This document shows positions 24,375 through 35,588 of a stretch of DNA of 64,000 bases, one piece after another. The stretch covers positions 61,070,001 to 61,134,000 of the forward strand of contig NC_043007.1 of the NCBI RefSeq assembly GCF_006345805.1, in the 5' to 3' direction. How positions within the stretch are numbered: the first letter of the stretch is position 1; each line of letters opens with the position of its first letter. The notes beneath the pieces were generated by a model. That model made no database searches. It was not told the DNA's origin and saw only the letters and a list, made by a program, of their open reading frames with translations. The position numbers were made by a program, and so were the translations under genes. This stretch comes from Octopus sinensis. Taxonomy: Eukaryota.

Positions 24375-24755
24375 TACAGAGTATCAGCTGAAAAGTTCAT
24401 AGGCTGGCTAAGGCACTCTCATGGAATGTCACCAAATGAGATTAATTTTCCAACATAGTCCCCTTTGTGGTCCACACACTTTTTCCATCAGTGTTGCAGT
24501 CCTTGGATCCTGTTTCATCCTGTTGCTCAAACAAGTCATCAACAACAGATATTACATCATCATCAGTGAGATACAGGTTCCCAACCAAATGGTTTTTCAT
24601 GTTGGGGAAAAGATGGTAGTCAGATGGGACCAAATCATGAGAATAGTTCATGATCGAGTAGTTCAAAGTCAGTCATGCACAGCAGCCATTGAAATCAAGG
24701 ACTTGTGTGCTGGAACATTGTACTTGTGAAACAAGACCCTCCCTAGACACAAGAA
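24375..24755 (-). mobile_element. mariner 3' fragment
   Basis: HKYNVPAHKS..YSHDLVPSDYHLFPNMKNHL...DYVEK-like end, and a TIR-like TACAGAGTATCAGCTGAAAAGTTC at 24375. Confidence 0.75.
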
Positions 24756-24859
24756 AAATTTTTTTAATACATGAATTCACATAAAAAATCTTGCAAACAA
24801 GATACAAAAATGAAGTAAAAAGTAAAATAATGACTTCACTAAAGTCATAATACTTTTAA

Positions 24860-25078
24860 CCTTTTAGCATTTAAGCCGGCCATAACTGATCCAATATTTC
24901 TACCTGTTTTATGTTCAAACTGGTTTGATCAGGCTTCTCACACCTACCCTAAAATGTAATTCTAAACATAAATGATCACATCATTGAAATCTCAAGGCTA
25001 TGAGATAAAGCATGATTAATTGAAAACAATGTGAATAAATAAACATTACATTAGATAGATAATCTGAATGCTAAAGGG
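24860..25078. mobile_element. piggyBac-type MITE
   Basis: TTAA|CCTTTTAGCATT ... AATGCTAAAGGG|TTTAA. Confidence 0.85.
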
Positions 25079-25142
25079 TTTAATCTTTGTTCAATGACAT
25101 CATTATAAACCATATAATTTCATCAGTTACAGCTCTCCTTAA

Positions 25143-25369
25143 CCCTTGGAGATGACAGGGCTGATCTATCAGCTGAAAAATTGAACGACAAAAGAAGATT
25201 GTTCATTCAATTTCCTACAAGAATATATGTAGTTTTATATATGCAAAGCAGGTGCTTTATTTTTTTACAATATTTTTGAAAAAATAAGTGTATGTCCTTT
25301 GTAGGTCTTGTGAAACGGGCTCTGTCCTCTTGGCACTGAAACTCCAAATGAGGCTCCATCTCCAAAGGG
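25143..25369. mobile_element. piggyBac-type MITE, different family
   Basis: TTAA|CCCTTGGAGATG ... CATCTCCAAAGGG|TTAA. Confidence 0.85.
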
Positions 25370-26452
25370 TTAAATTTCTCTTATACCTTTTGAAGGTACA
25401 CTTTCATCATATTTATTTTCCAAGCCTGTTTTATATTACTAGTGGCCATAAATACTGTCAGTTATACTTCAAGGCCACTTAGTTGAAAAAGTACTTAATC
25501 ATAAATCATAAAATTTAACTAATAAACATAGCGCTTTAATCCCCATTAAATCTAGAACTGGATTACTACTAGTCCTAAGTTTTTTAGTAAAAGAAATTAC
25601 ACCTTTAAAGTGTACAAATTACTAGAGAAATATCTGATGAATGTTCTTGAGAAAAATCCCGAGATTTTGCTTCAAAATATTCATTTCTTAAAGGTAAGAG
25701 CAAAAATTTATAAACAAAACAAGTTCGGCATTTTCAAGTGTATTGGCAGTTTAAGTGAGGGAAATTGGTTTCAATTTGCTGCCAAACACTGAAACTAACT
25801 CAAGATGCTTTGCTTCTCTCATAACTAATATTTAGCCTTTAAAAGGCTTATCACCTAATCAAAACGATTTGAGAAAAATTAGACCTTGACAATCAAATTA
25901 AAACTATTGAGTAACTTATCCAGTTTGTAAATAAGAAATTAGTTCTTGTTCAGATCCAGTTCAGCGATGATCAAACAAACCTTTGATCAAAAACATTCCA
26001 TTTCATGGCCATCCTATCATTCTTCAGATAAGCTCTAATGTGCCTTTCCTTTTTTAAGACAGTGATTGGAAGGAGACTTGGCTACTATTTCAGATTAAGC
26101 AACTACATAGAAACTTTCTAGAACTGAACATGTGTCAGTCATAAAGAAATGTACATTATCAATGAGGCCAAAATAACTGAATGACTGTCAATATGTTACT
26201 GAATGTTGAAAAGCTATACTAGTCTTGTACCATTTTTTAATATGAACACTGTAATCTAGGCATTGAACCTATGTAGATCAAACAGTGTTGCAGAAACATT
26301 ATCAGTCAGGTGAACACTTTACATATACTGATAGAAATAATAAGCAGATTCGATTAGTTATAACACAAAGATATGAGACCAAATTTTACTGCAGCCAGCT
26401 GTTTCTTTCCTGACTAAGACTAATAGCTATTTCTGTATTTTTGCTTAACATA

Positions 26453-26694
26453 GGCACAGCAGTGGCTGTGTGGTAAGTAGCTTGCTTACCAGCCACATGG
26501 TTCTGGGTTCATTCCCACTGTGTGGCACCTTGGGCAAGTGTCTTCTACTGTAGCCTTGGGCTGACCAAAACTTTGTGAGTGGATTTGGTAGACGGAAACT
26601 GAAAGAAGCCCATCGTGTGTGTATATATATATATATATATATGCATATACATGTGTATATATATATATATATATGCATATATATGTGTATGTAT

Positions 26695-26751
<57 letters not shown>

Positions 26752-26952
26752 GTTTTTGTGTCTGTGTTTGTCCACCCAACATTGCTTGAGAACCGATGCT
26801 GGTGTGTTTACATCCCTATAACTTACCATTTCTGCAAAAGAGACCGATAGGCTAACAAAGAATAAGTCCTGGGGTCGATTTGCTCAACTAAAGGCGATAC
26901 TCCAGCATGGCCGCAGTCATATGACTGAAACAAGTAAAAGAGTAAAAGAGTA
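26453..26952 (+). mobile_element. tRNA-derived SINE family C (CORE-like domain) with internal (TA)n and (GAGTAAAA)n tail
   Basis: TGGCTGTGTGGTAAG A-box, GGTTCATTCCC B-box, CACCTTGGGCAAGTGTCTTCTACT domain; homologous to 28018, 43724 and 45033. Confidence 0.85.
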
Positions 26953-28017
26953 ATCATTAGCAGTACTGCTTAATAGCTGTGTTATTAACAGTGGGGAAAG
27001 TCACATATCTGTTTACTCTGCCCTTTCTTATGTACAAGCACAAATAAAAACTTCAAGGTAAGAGCCTGTAAGTTGGACATGGTGCAGAGTGAGATAGTGG
27101 AAGGAGGTTCTAAATAATGATTCTACTAAGAGATTCTCAAAAAAGGATGTCCTTAGTAGTTATTTAACCCACACAAAATTTAGCAGCCACGTCTCTTTGA
27201 ATAAATGCTTTGTTAAACCCAAATCTTAGGATTGTGTGTCTAGAATGCTGACTGAATGATGAAGTTCAACCCACACTGACATACAAGACATTCTATTGGT
27301 TAGTGTTGTTGCTACCAATGAAGATGATGAAAAGGAGGCGGAGCATAATGTGTGACAGGCATTCTTGAGTCTCAATTATCTATTAAATTACATTGGGGTC
27401 GAATCATAATCAATGTGACTTATCCAATATAACTAATTGAAACTACTTATTATTTCTATCAACATAATGTGAAGTGCTCACCTGATTGATAATGTTCTTT
27501 CTATATTGTTTGACGTACACATTTACAATGCTTCAGATTACTAATCTTGCACCATTTTTGATTAAGATACTCATAATCAGAAATGGTACAAGATTAGTAT
27601 AGCTTTCAAAATTTTAACATTTGTACCAAAGGAACAACTTATTGTATAAAATTATCTTCTAGGTAACTGGTAGGGTGGTAAGGAGCAGATATGTTTGAAA
27701 GAAAGAGAATCCTGCACTAGACCTGTGTCCATTGAAACCAATGTGTCTGCTTTGAAAGAAAAGTTAATGGAGTTAAGAAAATCGTAAAAGAATACCTGAA
27801 AAGAAACAACCTCAACAACTAAAGTTACCAGAATAATAGCCCATCAAACTGTATAATTCAGCAAGAGACAGTGGTTGGGGAACTGAATTATAAAAAAATG
27901 CTTCTTATTTTCTATATCTAGTGAAAGTTTGTGTGTATGATTTGGGTATTGTGATTTAAATACTTTGCCTAATGCTTTAAGTAATCATGAAAAATACACT
28001 GCATATTGTCTCTCATA

Positions 28018-28430
28018 GGTGCAAGCATGGCTGTGTAGTAAGAAGTTTGCTTCCCAGCTACATGGTTCTGGGTTCAGTCCCAATGTGTGGCACCTTGAGC
28101 AAGTGTCTTCTACTATAGACTTGAGCCAACCAAAGCCTTGTGAGTGGATCTGGTAAACAGAAACTGAAAGAGGTTGGTCATATGTGTGTGTGTGCATGTG
28201 TGTGTATTTGTCCCCCACCACCGCTTGACAACTGGTGTTGGTGTGTTTATGTCCCCATAACTTAGCAGTTTGGCAAAAGAGATCGATAGAATAAGTATCA
28301 GGCTTAAAAGAAAAAAGTACTGGAGTTGATTCTTTCAGCTAAAAATTCCTCAAGGTAGTGCTCTGGCATGGTTGAAACAAGTAAAAGAAACAAGTCTAAT
28401 GGTTGAAACAAGTAAAAGATAGAAGATAAA
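28018..28430 (+). mobile_element. SINE family C
   Basis: Same head, CACCTTGAGCAAGTGTCTTCTACT domain and GAAACAAGTAAAAGA tail. Confidence 0.8.
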
Positions 28431-28924
28431 ATAAAGATGGTCACAGGGTCATTTGTTGACAAAATTCCTTATTAACATCAACTCCCTAGTCAGATTATTC
28501 ACTCATGGCATGTGCTTAACAATACTATATGTAATGCTAGCACTTCAGATTTTTTTAAAACATATTTTAAATGATCAAATTCATGTTTGGCTTGTTTCAT
28601 TTTGTAGACAAGCCAATCACTAAATATTGTTTCCTGAAGAATGACAATAACAACTAGTAACAGTCTGTGCCAGATGGATGGATTAAATTACTATAAATAT
28701 GTCCAATAATACAGTTAATGTGGACATTTTGGAATAAGCTGTAGTATTGATGTAAGAAACACCATTACTTTTCAGTCAGTCAACAGAGATCATTTCATTT
28801 GCGCTAAAGAATTCTTTGGCATTAGATCTACAAATGAGGATGTTACAGTTCTATATTTAAGAGATGAGGAATTATGTCCATTATTTACATTTGATGGATA
28901 TTTGTCCACATCTTGTTTGTTGTC

Positions 28925-28970
28925 AACACAACGTTTCAGCTGATGTACCCTCCAACCTTCATCAGGTGTC
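28925..28970 (-). ncRNA. Minimal type I hammerhead ribozyme motif
   Basis: GACAC-CTGATGA-A-GGTTG-GAGGGTACAT-CAGCT-GAAAC-GTT-GTGTT; stem II has two G-U pairs. Confidence 0.7.
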
Positions 28971-29100
28971 TTGGGGAAATTTCAATGGGTTCTCATTCCT
29001 AAGGTATTTTTCAATGTAATTATTATTATTATTATTTAGGTCACAGCCTGGAATCGAACTTGGAATCTTGGGGTTAGTAGTCGCACTCTTAACCACTACA

Positions 29101-29172
29101 GGTATATGGCATAATGGTTAAGAGTGCGGGCTACTAACCCCAAGATTCTGAGTTCGATTCCAGGCTGTGACC
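29101..29172 (+). promoter_or_regulatory. tRNA-like Pol III head (not a tRNA gene)
   Basis: A-box TGGCATAATGG (29107-29117), GGG-CTACTAA-CCC anticodon-like arm, B-box GTTCGATTC (29152-29160); acceptor and T stems imperfect. Confidence 0.75.
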
Positions 29173-29267
29173 TGAATAATAATAATAATAATAATTACTA
29201 TTATTATTATTATTATTACATCAAAAAATACCTTAGGAACAAGAACCCAGGTTTGAAATTTCCCCAA

Positions 29268-29313
29268 AACACCTGATGAAGGCTGGAGGGTATATCAGCT
29301 GAAACGTTGTGTT
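29268..29313 (+). ncRNA. Minimal type I hammerhead ribozyme motif
   Basis: AACAC-CTGATGA-A-GGCTG-GAGGGTATAT-CAGCT-GAAAC-GTT-GTGTT: 5-bp stem I, core, stem II, palindromic AACGTT in place of stem III. Confidence 0.78.
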
Positions 29314-30249
29314 AACAACAAACAAGACGAGGACAAATATCCATCAAATGTAAATAATGTAAATAAAATGAGGATGTGTTTTAAAAGTTATACTTGTCTT
29401 ATCCATTAGAGTAAAACGATTCTTGTTTTCATTATGAAATATATGATTTATTTTGTAAGACATCATATGTGGCACATGTGTCATTAAGAAGTCTTTTGAG
29501 CAAAAGTTAACTTTCTTTTGTATCAGAAGCTATACAAAAGTGACAATTTTTGTTGTTATTATGACCATAACACTTGAAATTAATGTGAAGGGTCTATAAT
29601 CTTGGTAATCAGTCAGCCAATCAGATTGCTAGGAGGAGCACCCCAATGCCAACAGCAATCATGATGTGCAGATATATGCTATCCAAAGTATTCAGTATTT
29701 GATTTGCAATATGATCATGGGTATCCTATCTTTATTGTCAGCATACAAATCTAAAATTTAAGAGTAAACAAAATGTAGTCTTAATTATAGGCTGTAAAAT
29801 TTTCTGTTCTTCTCTGCTTTGAATTATGCACTACTGTCTAATTTCTTACTATATATAGTAGTTGTATGAAATGCTGGTACTAGCAACCTAATGTAAACAG
29901 TAATGGTCTAGCATTGTAGTTAATGCATGTAAAACATTATGAGTAGTAATTAGTAAACTAATAAATAAATAAAATTAAGTAACATAGAGAGATAAAGGTA
30001 ACTATATATTTATCCCTAACACAAATGTGATTATTTCCTGTCATGATCACAGACATTTATCAGTGAGTAATCAGCCCTGTTAATTATACATATTAAGGAA
30101 TTGAGAGTTATGGCATCCATGTCTTTCCTTTAGGATTATTGGAAGAATAAATGACATAGTTGCAACCAAAAATTGAACCCGAGTTTGCCTAGCCTTGGCT
30201 CACCTAGTACCTACCACCTCAGCTAAGCACTTGCAAAGAAATATAATGA

Positions 30250-30637
30250 TTTCTAACATAGGTACATAGCCACAAGTTTTGAGGGAAGCAACACTTGATT
30301 ATATCCATCAGCAGTACTAAACTGATACTTATTTTATTGACTATGAAAGAATGAAAAACAAAATTGACTTTAATTGGTTTTGAACTCAATATACAACAAT
30401 ATTTTATCCAATGATCTATCAATTTATTGATCTGCTTGTAAAGTAATATAACTGTTTATAATTTAGGCACAAGGCCAGTAATTCTGAGAGGGGTTAGTTG
30501 ATACCATCAACCCCAGTATTTGACTGGTACTTTATTTCATCAACCTCCCAGAAAGATGAAAGGCAAAGTTGACCTCTGCAAGATTTGAACTCAGAATGTA
30601 AAGTATTTCCTCCAACTCTCTAATGATTTTCAATAGC
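30250..30637 (-). mobile_element. Two adjacent SINE family B copies (about 30250-30425 and 30462-30637)
   Basis: AGGCACAAGGCC tail and GATGAAAGGCAAAGTTGACCTC...TTTGAACTCAGAATG motifs. Confidence 0.65.
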
Positions 30638-32985
30638 ATCAAATATATTTATTAAATCATTTACTTGCAGATTTATGTAACTATTTTCAGTACACCCATT
30701 CTGTAGCAAACATACACAAAGATCTCAAACAGGTTAGAGCAGAAGGAGGGGAAAGTTCAACTGTATATACATTTTCTTTTGAAGTATGTATTGTAAAAGA
30801 ATTGAAGAAAAGTTGAATAAGAAAAGAAGCTCAAGTGAGAAGTAGTTTTGATGATAAAGAGTTATACATATTAGGTGATGCCGAAAAAATATGACAGAAA
30901 AGTATGGGAAGTAATGTTGTGTTGTTGAAATGGAACCAATAAACTTTGGAGAGAAACAAATTACAGAATGGAGTATATGGTTTATTTCTGCTGTGTTGTT
31001 AAAGACAAGGTCATTCAATTTATTTGTACCAAGTTTCTGACAATAAATTCAATTCAATTAATTCTTCTAATGCTTTAACCACTTAAAGAAAAATATTTGT
31101 TTTTTCTTTTCTTTTTTTTCTTTCTAGGATGGGGTTAACATTGTAAGTGAAAGATGTCAACCATTGTAATGAAGTGAAATATAGGTTAAAGTGAAATATA
31201 GATATACACACTCCTTGTCACGAGTTGAATACAGATATCAAGTATGCATGTGATTACAGGCTCATAGTCAAGGATATTTTGGAATTGATATATTTCTGAC
31301 ACACATATTCACATCACACTCACATAATTAGAAAATAAAAGGTCTTCTAGGCAGTCACATGAATTATTAGAAATACTAACCAAATCTAACCTCAAACCTA
31401 CCATCTCAAAAGAAAAAAAAAACATGCTAGAATAATGCTATCATAGACATATGTCTAAAAGGATTGGATTATCACAGCTGGAATCATAGATCAGTGCAAT
31501 CATGGTTAAGCTGAACCTAAACAGCAACAACAATAACATCTACATAACATATATTACTACATACACTGCATTGTAATACATCATACATAAACACCCATTC
31601 CTAATTTTCTAAGCAAAAGCATCTTCCATACATGATTTAGACACTCCATGCCAAACTTGCACTGCTTCTGTGAACAGAGACTTTTCAAGCATTCTCCAAT
31701 GGCATCATATTAATTTTGTCCCCTTCAAAAGTATAACACAACCACTGCACATATCAATGATGCCAATCTCTTGTACCTCCTTCCAAAGTCATAGACAATG
31801 AGCAGCTAAAACTATAAATGCTAGATTTCAGAATCCTTGATGCTTGTTGCATGTGATCTCATATCTGTAACAGTAAAAATTTATCTTCAAAACAGGCTTT
31901 TCTCTTTAGCGCCAGAAAAAAACATTAGTTCCTAACTTTCTATAAAGCTCAAGAAAGACTCACAATGGGATAGTGAAGCTATTACAAATATGAACATCCA
32001 AGACTGCATCCAAAGGAAGGACCAACTGACTGATAGATATGAAGTCAATCATCACCAACACATTTCAACCTCTGGTCTACAGATAGGATGTCTTCTCACT
32101 TGGCCATTTTTACTGTCAATACATTGATCTCCATTCCTTAGACTTGTCTAACACATTTGTTACCCATATTGTCTGCCTCCTCTCACCAGCCTTGCAGCCA
32201 TACACCAACTACAAATGTCAATCCATTCTCTCTGGAACCTCAATTTTCTGGAATTCACTCCCTGTCCCTGCTATTTTTCTGTAGTACATTGGAGTTATTG
32301 TTCTTGGAAGGCTTGCGAAGGCTATGAGCACAACTCCCTTACTCCAGCATAACACACCACATACATATGCGTGTGCATGCATGCACGCACACACAGACAC
32401 ACACACACACACAGAGATAACACGTATCTGTAGTCTCTAATCAAGGTGTCTAAATATAATTACTGATTATCAAAATGGGGAAAGACAAAATCATTCATAA
32501 GTTATCCTGGATAAGTTGACCTACATTGTGTCTTATCAACAAATGCCATCACTACTACTACTACTACAACCACCAAAACTATGAGCTGATTGATTACAGT
32601 TAATTGTCACCAATAAACTTTGAACTTAAATAAGAAGAATGGTTTGGGCAGATAACACCCCTACACACACACACACACACACGTGCACGCACACACATGT
32701 ATTTTTATGTTCTCCTAATTTATTATTAGGGATCACTAATAAAACAAAGCCATCCTTTTCAAAGTAATATTAAGAACATCTGTCCACAACAATAACATTT
32801 AGAAGAACAAGTTACCCACAACACTAGCATTAAAATATTAAAAACCCAACAGTACTAATCACCCCACCTGTTGCCAACACTATCGGCACCACTGCCACTA
32901 CCACCACCACCACCACCACAACAACAACACTAAAATATCCAGTGTTTGGCAAGAAATACATTGTTTTATAGTTTTAGGTCAACAG

Positions 32986-33038
<53 letters not shown>

Positions 33039-33042
<4 letters not shown>

Positions 33043-33930
33043 GTCATCCCATAAATAATGCAGGTTTTATTCAATTGCATGAAAAGTTGAAGGGGGACAG
33101 GATAAACTACCTGCATCAACTTGCTATAAAAGCAGGTAGTAATTTTACCTTATTCTTAGTGCAAGTTTTGAGGAGTGCAGTTCTGTTTTAACAGTTATTT
33201 TTTCAAAGCTATAATGGAAATGACAAAGGAGCATATTCGGCATATTTTGTTTTAGGAGTTCAATAAAGGCAACAAAGCAATGGAAAGTGCAAGGAATATT
33301 AATGCAGTATATGGGGATTGGACAATAAGCGTAAGCAGGTATCAATGGTGATTCCAGAAATTCCAAACCAGAAACTACAGCCCAGAAGACGAGCCGCATT
33401 GTGGAAGATCTGTAGGGCTTGACGAATGTGTTCTGCAAACCCTGGTGGAACAAAATCCCATTGTAACTGTTGAGGAACTAGCAGAGAAGCTTGAATTTGG
33501 TCATTCAACAATTCATCAACACATGTGTGCTATCGGAAAAGTCAGCAATTTGGGTCAATGGGTTCCTCACAAACTTTTCATGTCAAATTGCATGGTCACA
33601 TTCAGTGAGGGTGGCATTCCAAAGGCTGGAGCAGTTTGAATGGGAAATGATGCCCCACCCACCATATTCACTGGACATTGCCCCATCTGATTATCATTTA
33701 TTCTGCAGTCTTCAAAATCATTTGGATGGAAAAAATATGAATTTTGTAGATGACATTAGAACAGTACAGGAGAAGTATTTTTCATCACAGACAAGTGAAT
33801 TTTGGAACATGAACCTACCAGATAGATGGAAGAGCATTGCAGAAAATGAAGGAGAATATGTTTTAGATTAAAATAGAACTTTGTTTTTCTTGAAAAATAA
33901 AAGAAGTATAAGAAAACCACATCATTTTGA
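33039..33930 (+). mobile_element. mariner element, internally deleted
   Basis: TA|TTGGGTCATCCCATAAATAATGC TIR after (TA)n. Transposase remnant 33214-33871 MEMTKEHIRHIL...WVPHKL is joined to HPPYSLDIAPSDYHLF; the first two catalytic Asp regions are missing. Confidence 0.85.
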
Positions 33931-33962
33931 TATATGTATATATATATATATAAATTTAAATA

Positions 33963-35221
33963 TCAGGTTATCCCATTTTGTCCAAATTTTTAATTAAGAA
34001 AACAAGTGATCAAATGTTATATTTAATTGAAATTTAATCATCAATGTACTCTCCCTGATTATCTATGACTTCCTTCCATCTATTTACAAGCTTTTAAATC
34101 CCATCAATGTAAAACTCTTTTGGTTTCTTCAAAGCAAAGAACACTGAAATGTCAGTTTCAACCTCCTCCTAGCTTGCGATAGTTATGTTCCCCAAATGAT
34201 TCTGTAAACTACGAAACAAATGGAAGTCTGAAGGAGCAAGGTGGATGAGGAATTTTTTCCCACCCAAGTCCTTTATCTTCTGTGATGTGATCTTTGCAGT
34301 GTGGGGTCGCACATTGTCCTGATAAAACATCGCTCCTTTTCGATTCACTAAAGTGGGTCTTTTTTTCTTCAAAGCTTGGTTCAAATGCTTTAATTGTTGA
34401 CAGTAGACTTGAGAATTGATTGTTCCATTAGGTGGTAATAATTCAAAGTGAATTACTCCCTTGCAATCCAACCAGATAGAGAGAAGAACCTTTTTCCTAT
34501 GAAGTTCCCTTCTCGGTTGTGGTTGAGCTTTTTCCCTTTTACCAAGCCACTGTTTACGATGTTTAACATTTCGATAGAAGATCCAATTTTCATCACCAGT
34601 CACAAGTCTATCCAAAAAGAGTGAAATGAGTTTGCAAGAATGGAGAGAAGAGCAGATGTCAACTCAGGATTTGCAGTTGCTTTTGGACAATTCATGAGGC
34701 ACCCATTTTCCAAGTTGTTGAAGATAACGATGAACAGTTGTATAGTTTCAACTAAGCTTTATTGCCAATTCTTCAACTGATAATGCAGGATTTTCTTCAA
34801 GTAATGCCTCAAGGAGCTTATCATCAAACTCAACTGGACGTCCTGTTTGATCTTCATCTTCAAGGCTGAAATCTTCACCTCTGAATTTTGCAAACTATCT
34901 TCTACAAGTTCTTTCATTCAAGCATTCTTTCCCATAAACTGAGTGTATGTTTCGAGTCGCTTCGGCTGCAGAGTTTCCTTTCTTGTACTTTATAAGCATT
35001 ATGTGCTTCAACTGCTCTTTGGATACTTCCATGTTAGAAAGGGTTTTAATCAAAGAAATTATAATCCTATCATCCTGTAAAATAATAGTTAATTAGTTTA
35101 AATGTACACAAATGCATAAAAATAATTTTTAATTCCATTAGACATTCTAAAATACTATTAAATTTCATTCAATTTGAAAAAAGGTAAAATCTTATGGCAC
35201 AGAACTTATGGGATGACCTGA
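33963..35221 (-). mobile_element. Full-length mariner element, transposase pseudogene
   Basis: TA|TCAGGTTATCCCAT ... ATGGGATGACCTGA|TA. ATG at 35032; MEVSKEQLKHIML, WVPHEL, VTGDENW, QDNVRPH, LAPSDFHLF; several stops. Confidence 0.9.
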
Positions 35222-35528
35222 TAATAAGGGTAAAAAAATTGAATATTAATTTAATATCAATTTAAACCAGTGGCCTAGCATATTGAAAAAATCTGAAGAT
35301 TCAGAAAAATTATCTTACATACATATAAGAGGGATGACCACTCGGTGGATATCCAATATGCTAGATGTAGACCCCATATGGTCTGACCACTAAGAAAAGA
35401 TTGTTCTCAAGAAAATTCAGCAAACGCCAGAACATAAGTGAGCAAGACTGGTTAGACGATACGGGGTCTACATATTGGATGTTCACCTATAAATATATAT
35501 ATATATGAATAAATATATATATATATGA

Positions 35529-35574
<46 letters not shown>

Positions 35575-35588
35575 TTACACTCTATAAT

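Larger units (their letters stand above)
28844..29365. mobile_element. Head-to-head palindromic dimer of a tRNA-head + (AAT)n + hammerhead element, with 12-bp TSD
   Basis: 28844-29100 is the reverse complement of 29101-29365 with no spacer. AAATGAGGATGT is repeated at 28832-28843 and 29366-29377. Confidence 0.92.

Noticed and set aside
26445-26829. ORFs rich in YIYI/CVCV/HTHT here and at 36.8 kb, 45.2-45.7 kb, 49.8-50.5 kb, 52.1 kb and 60.3-61.4 kb
   Set aside because: They are translations of (TA)n, (GT)n and (CA)n microsatellites, which lack stop codons.
29101-29172. Possible tRNA gene with ACT anticodon
   Set aside because: Acceptor and T stems are imperfect, no T-run terminator follows, and it is fused to a repeat body. 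Treated as a SINE-type head, as are the other tRNA-like heads.
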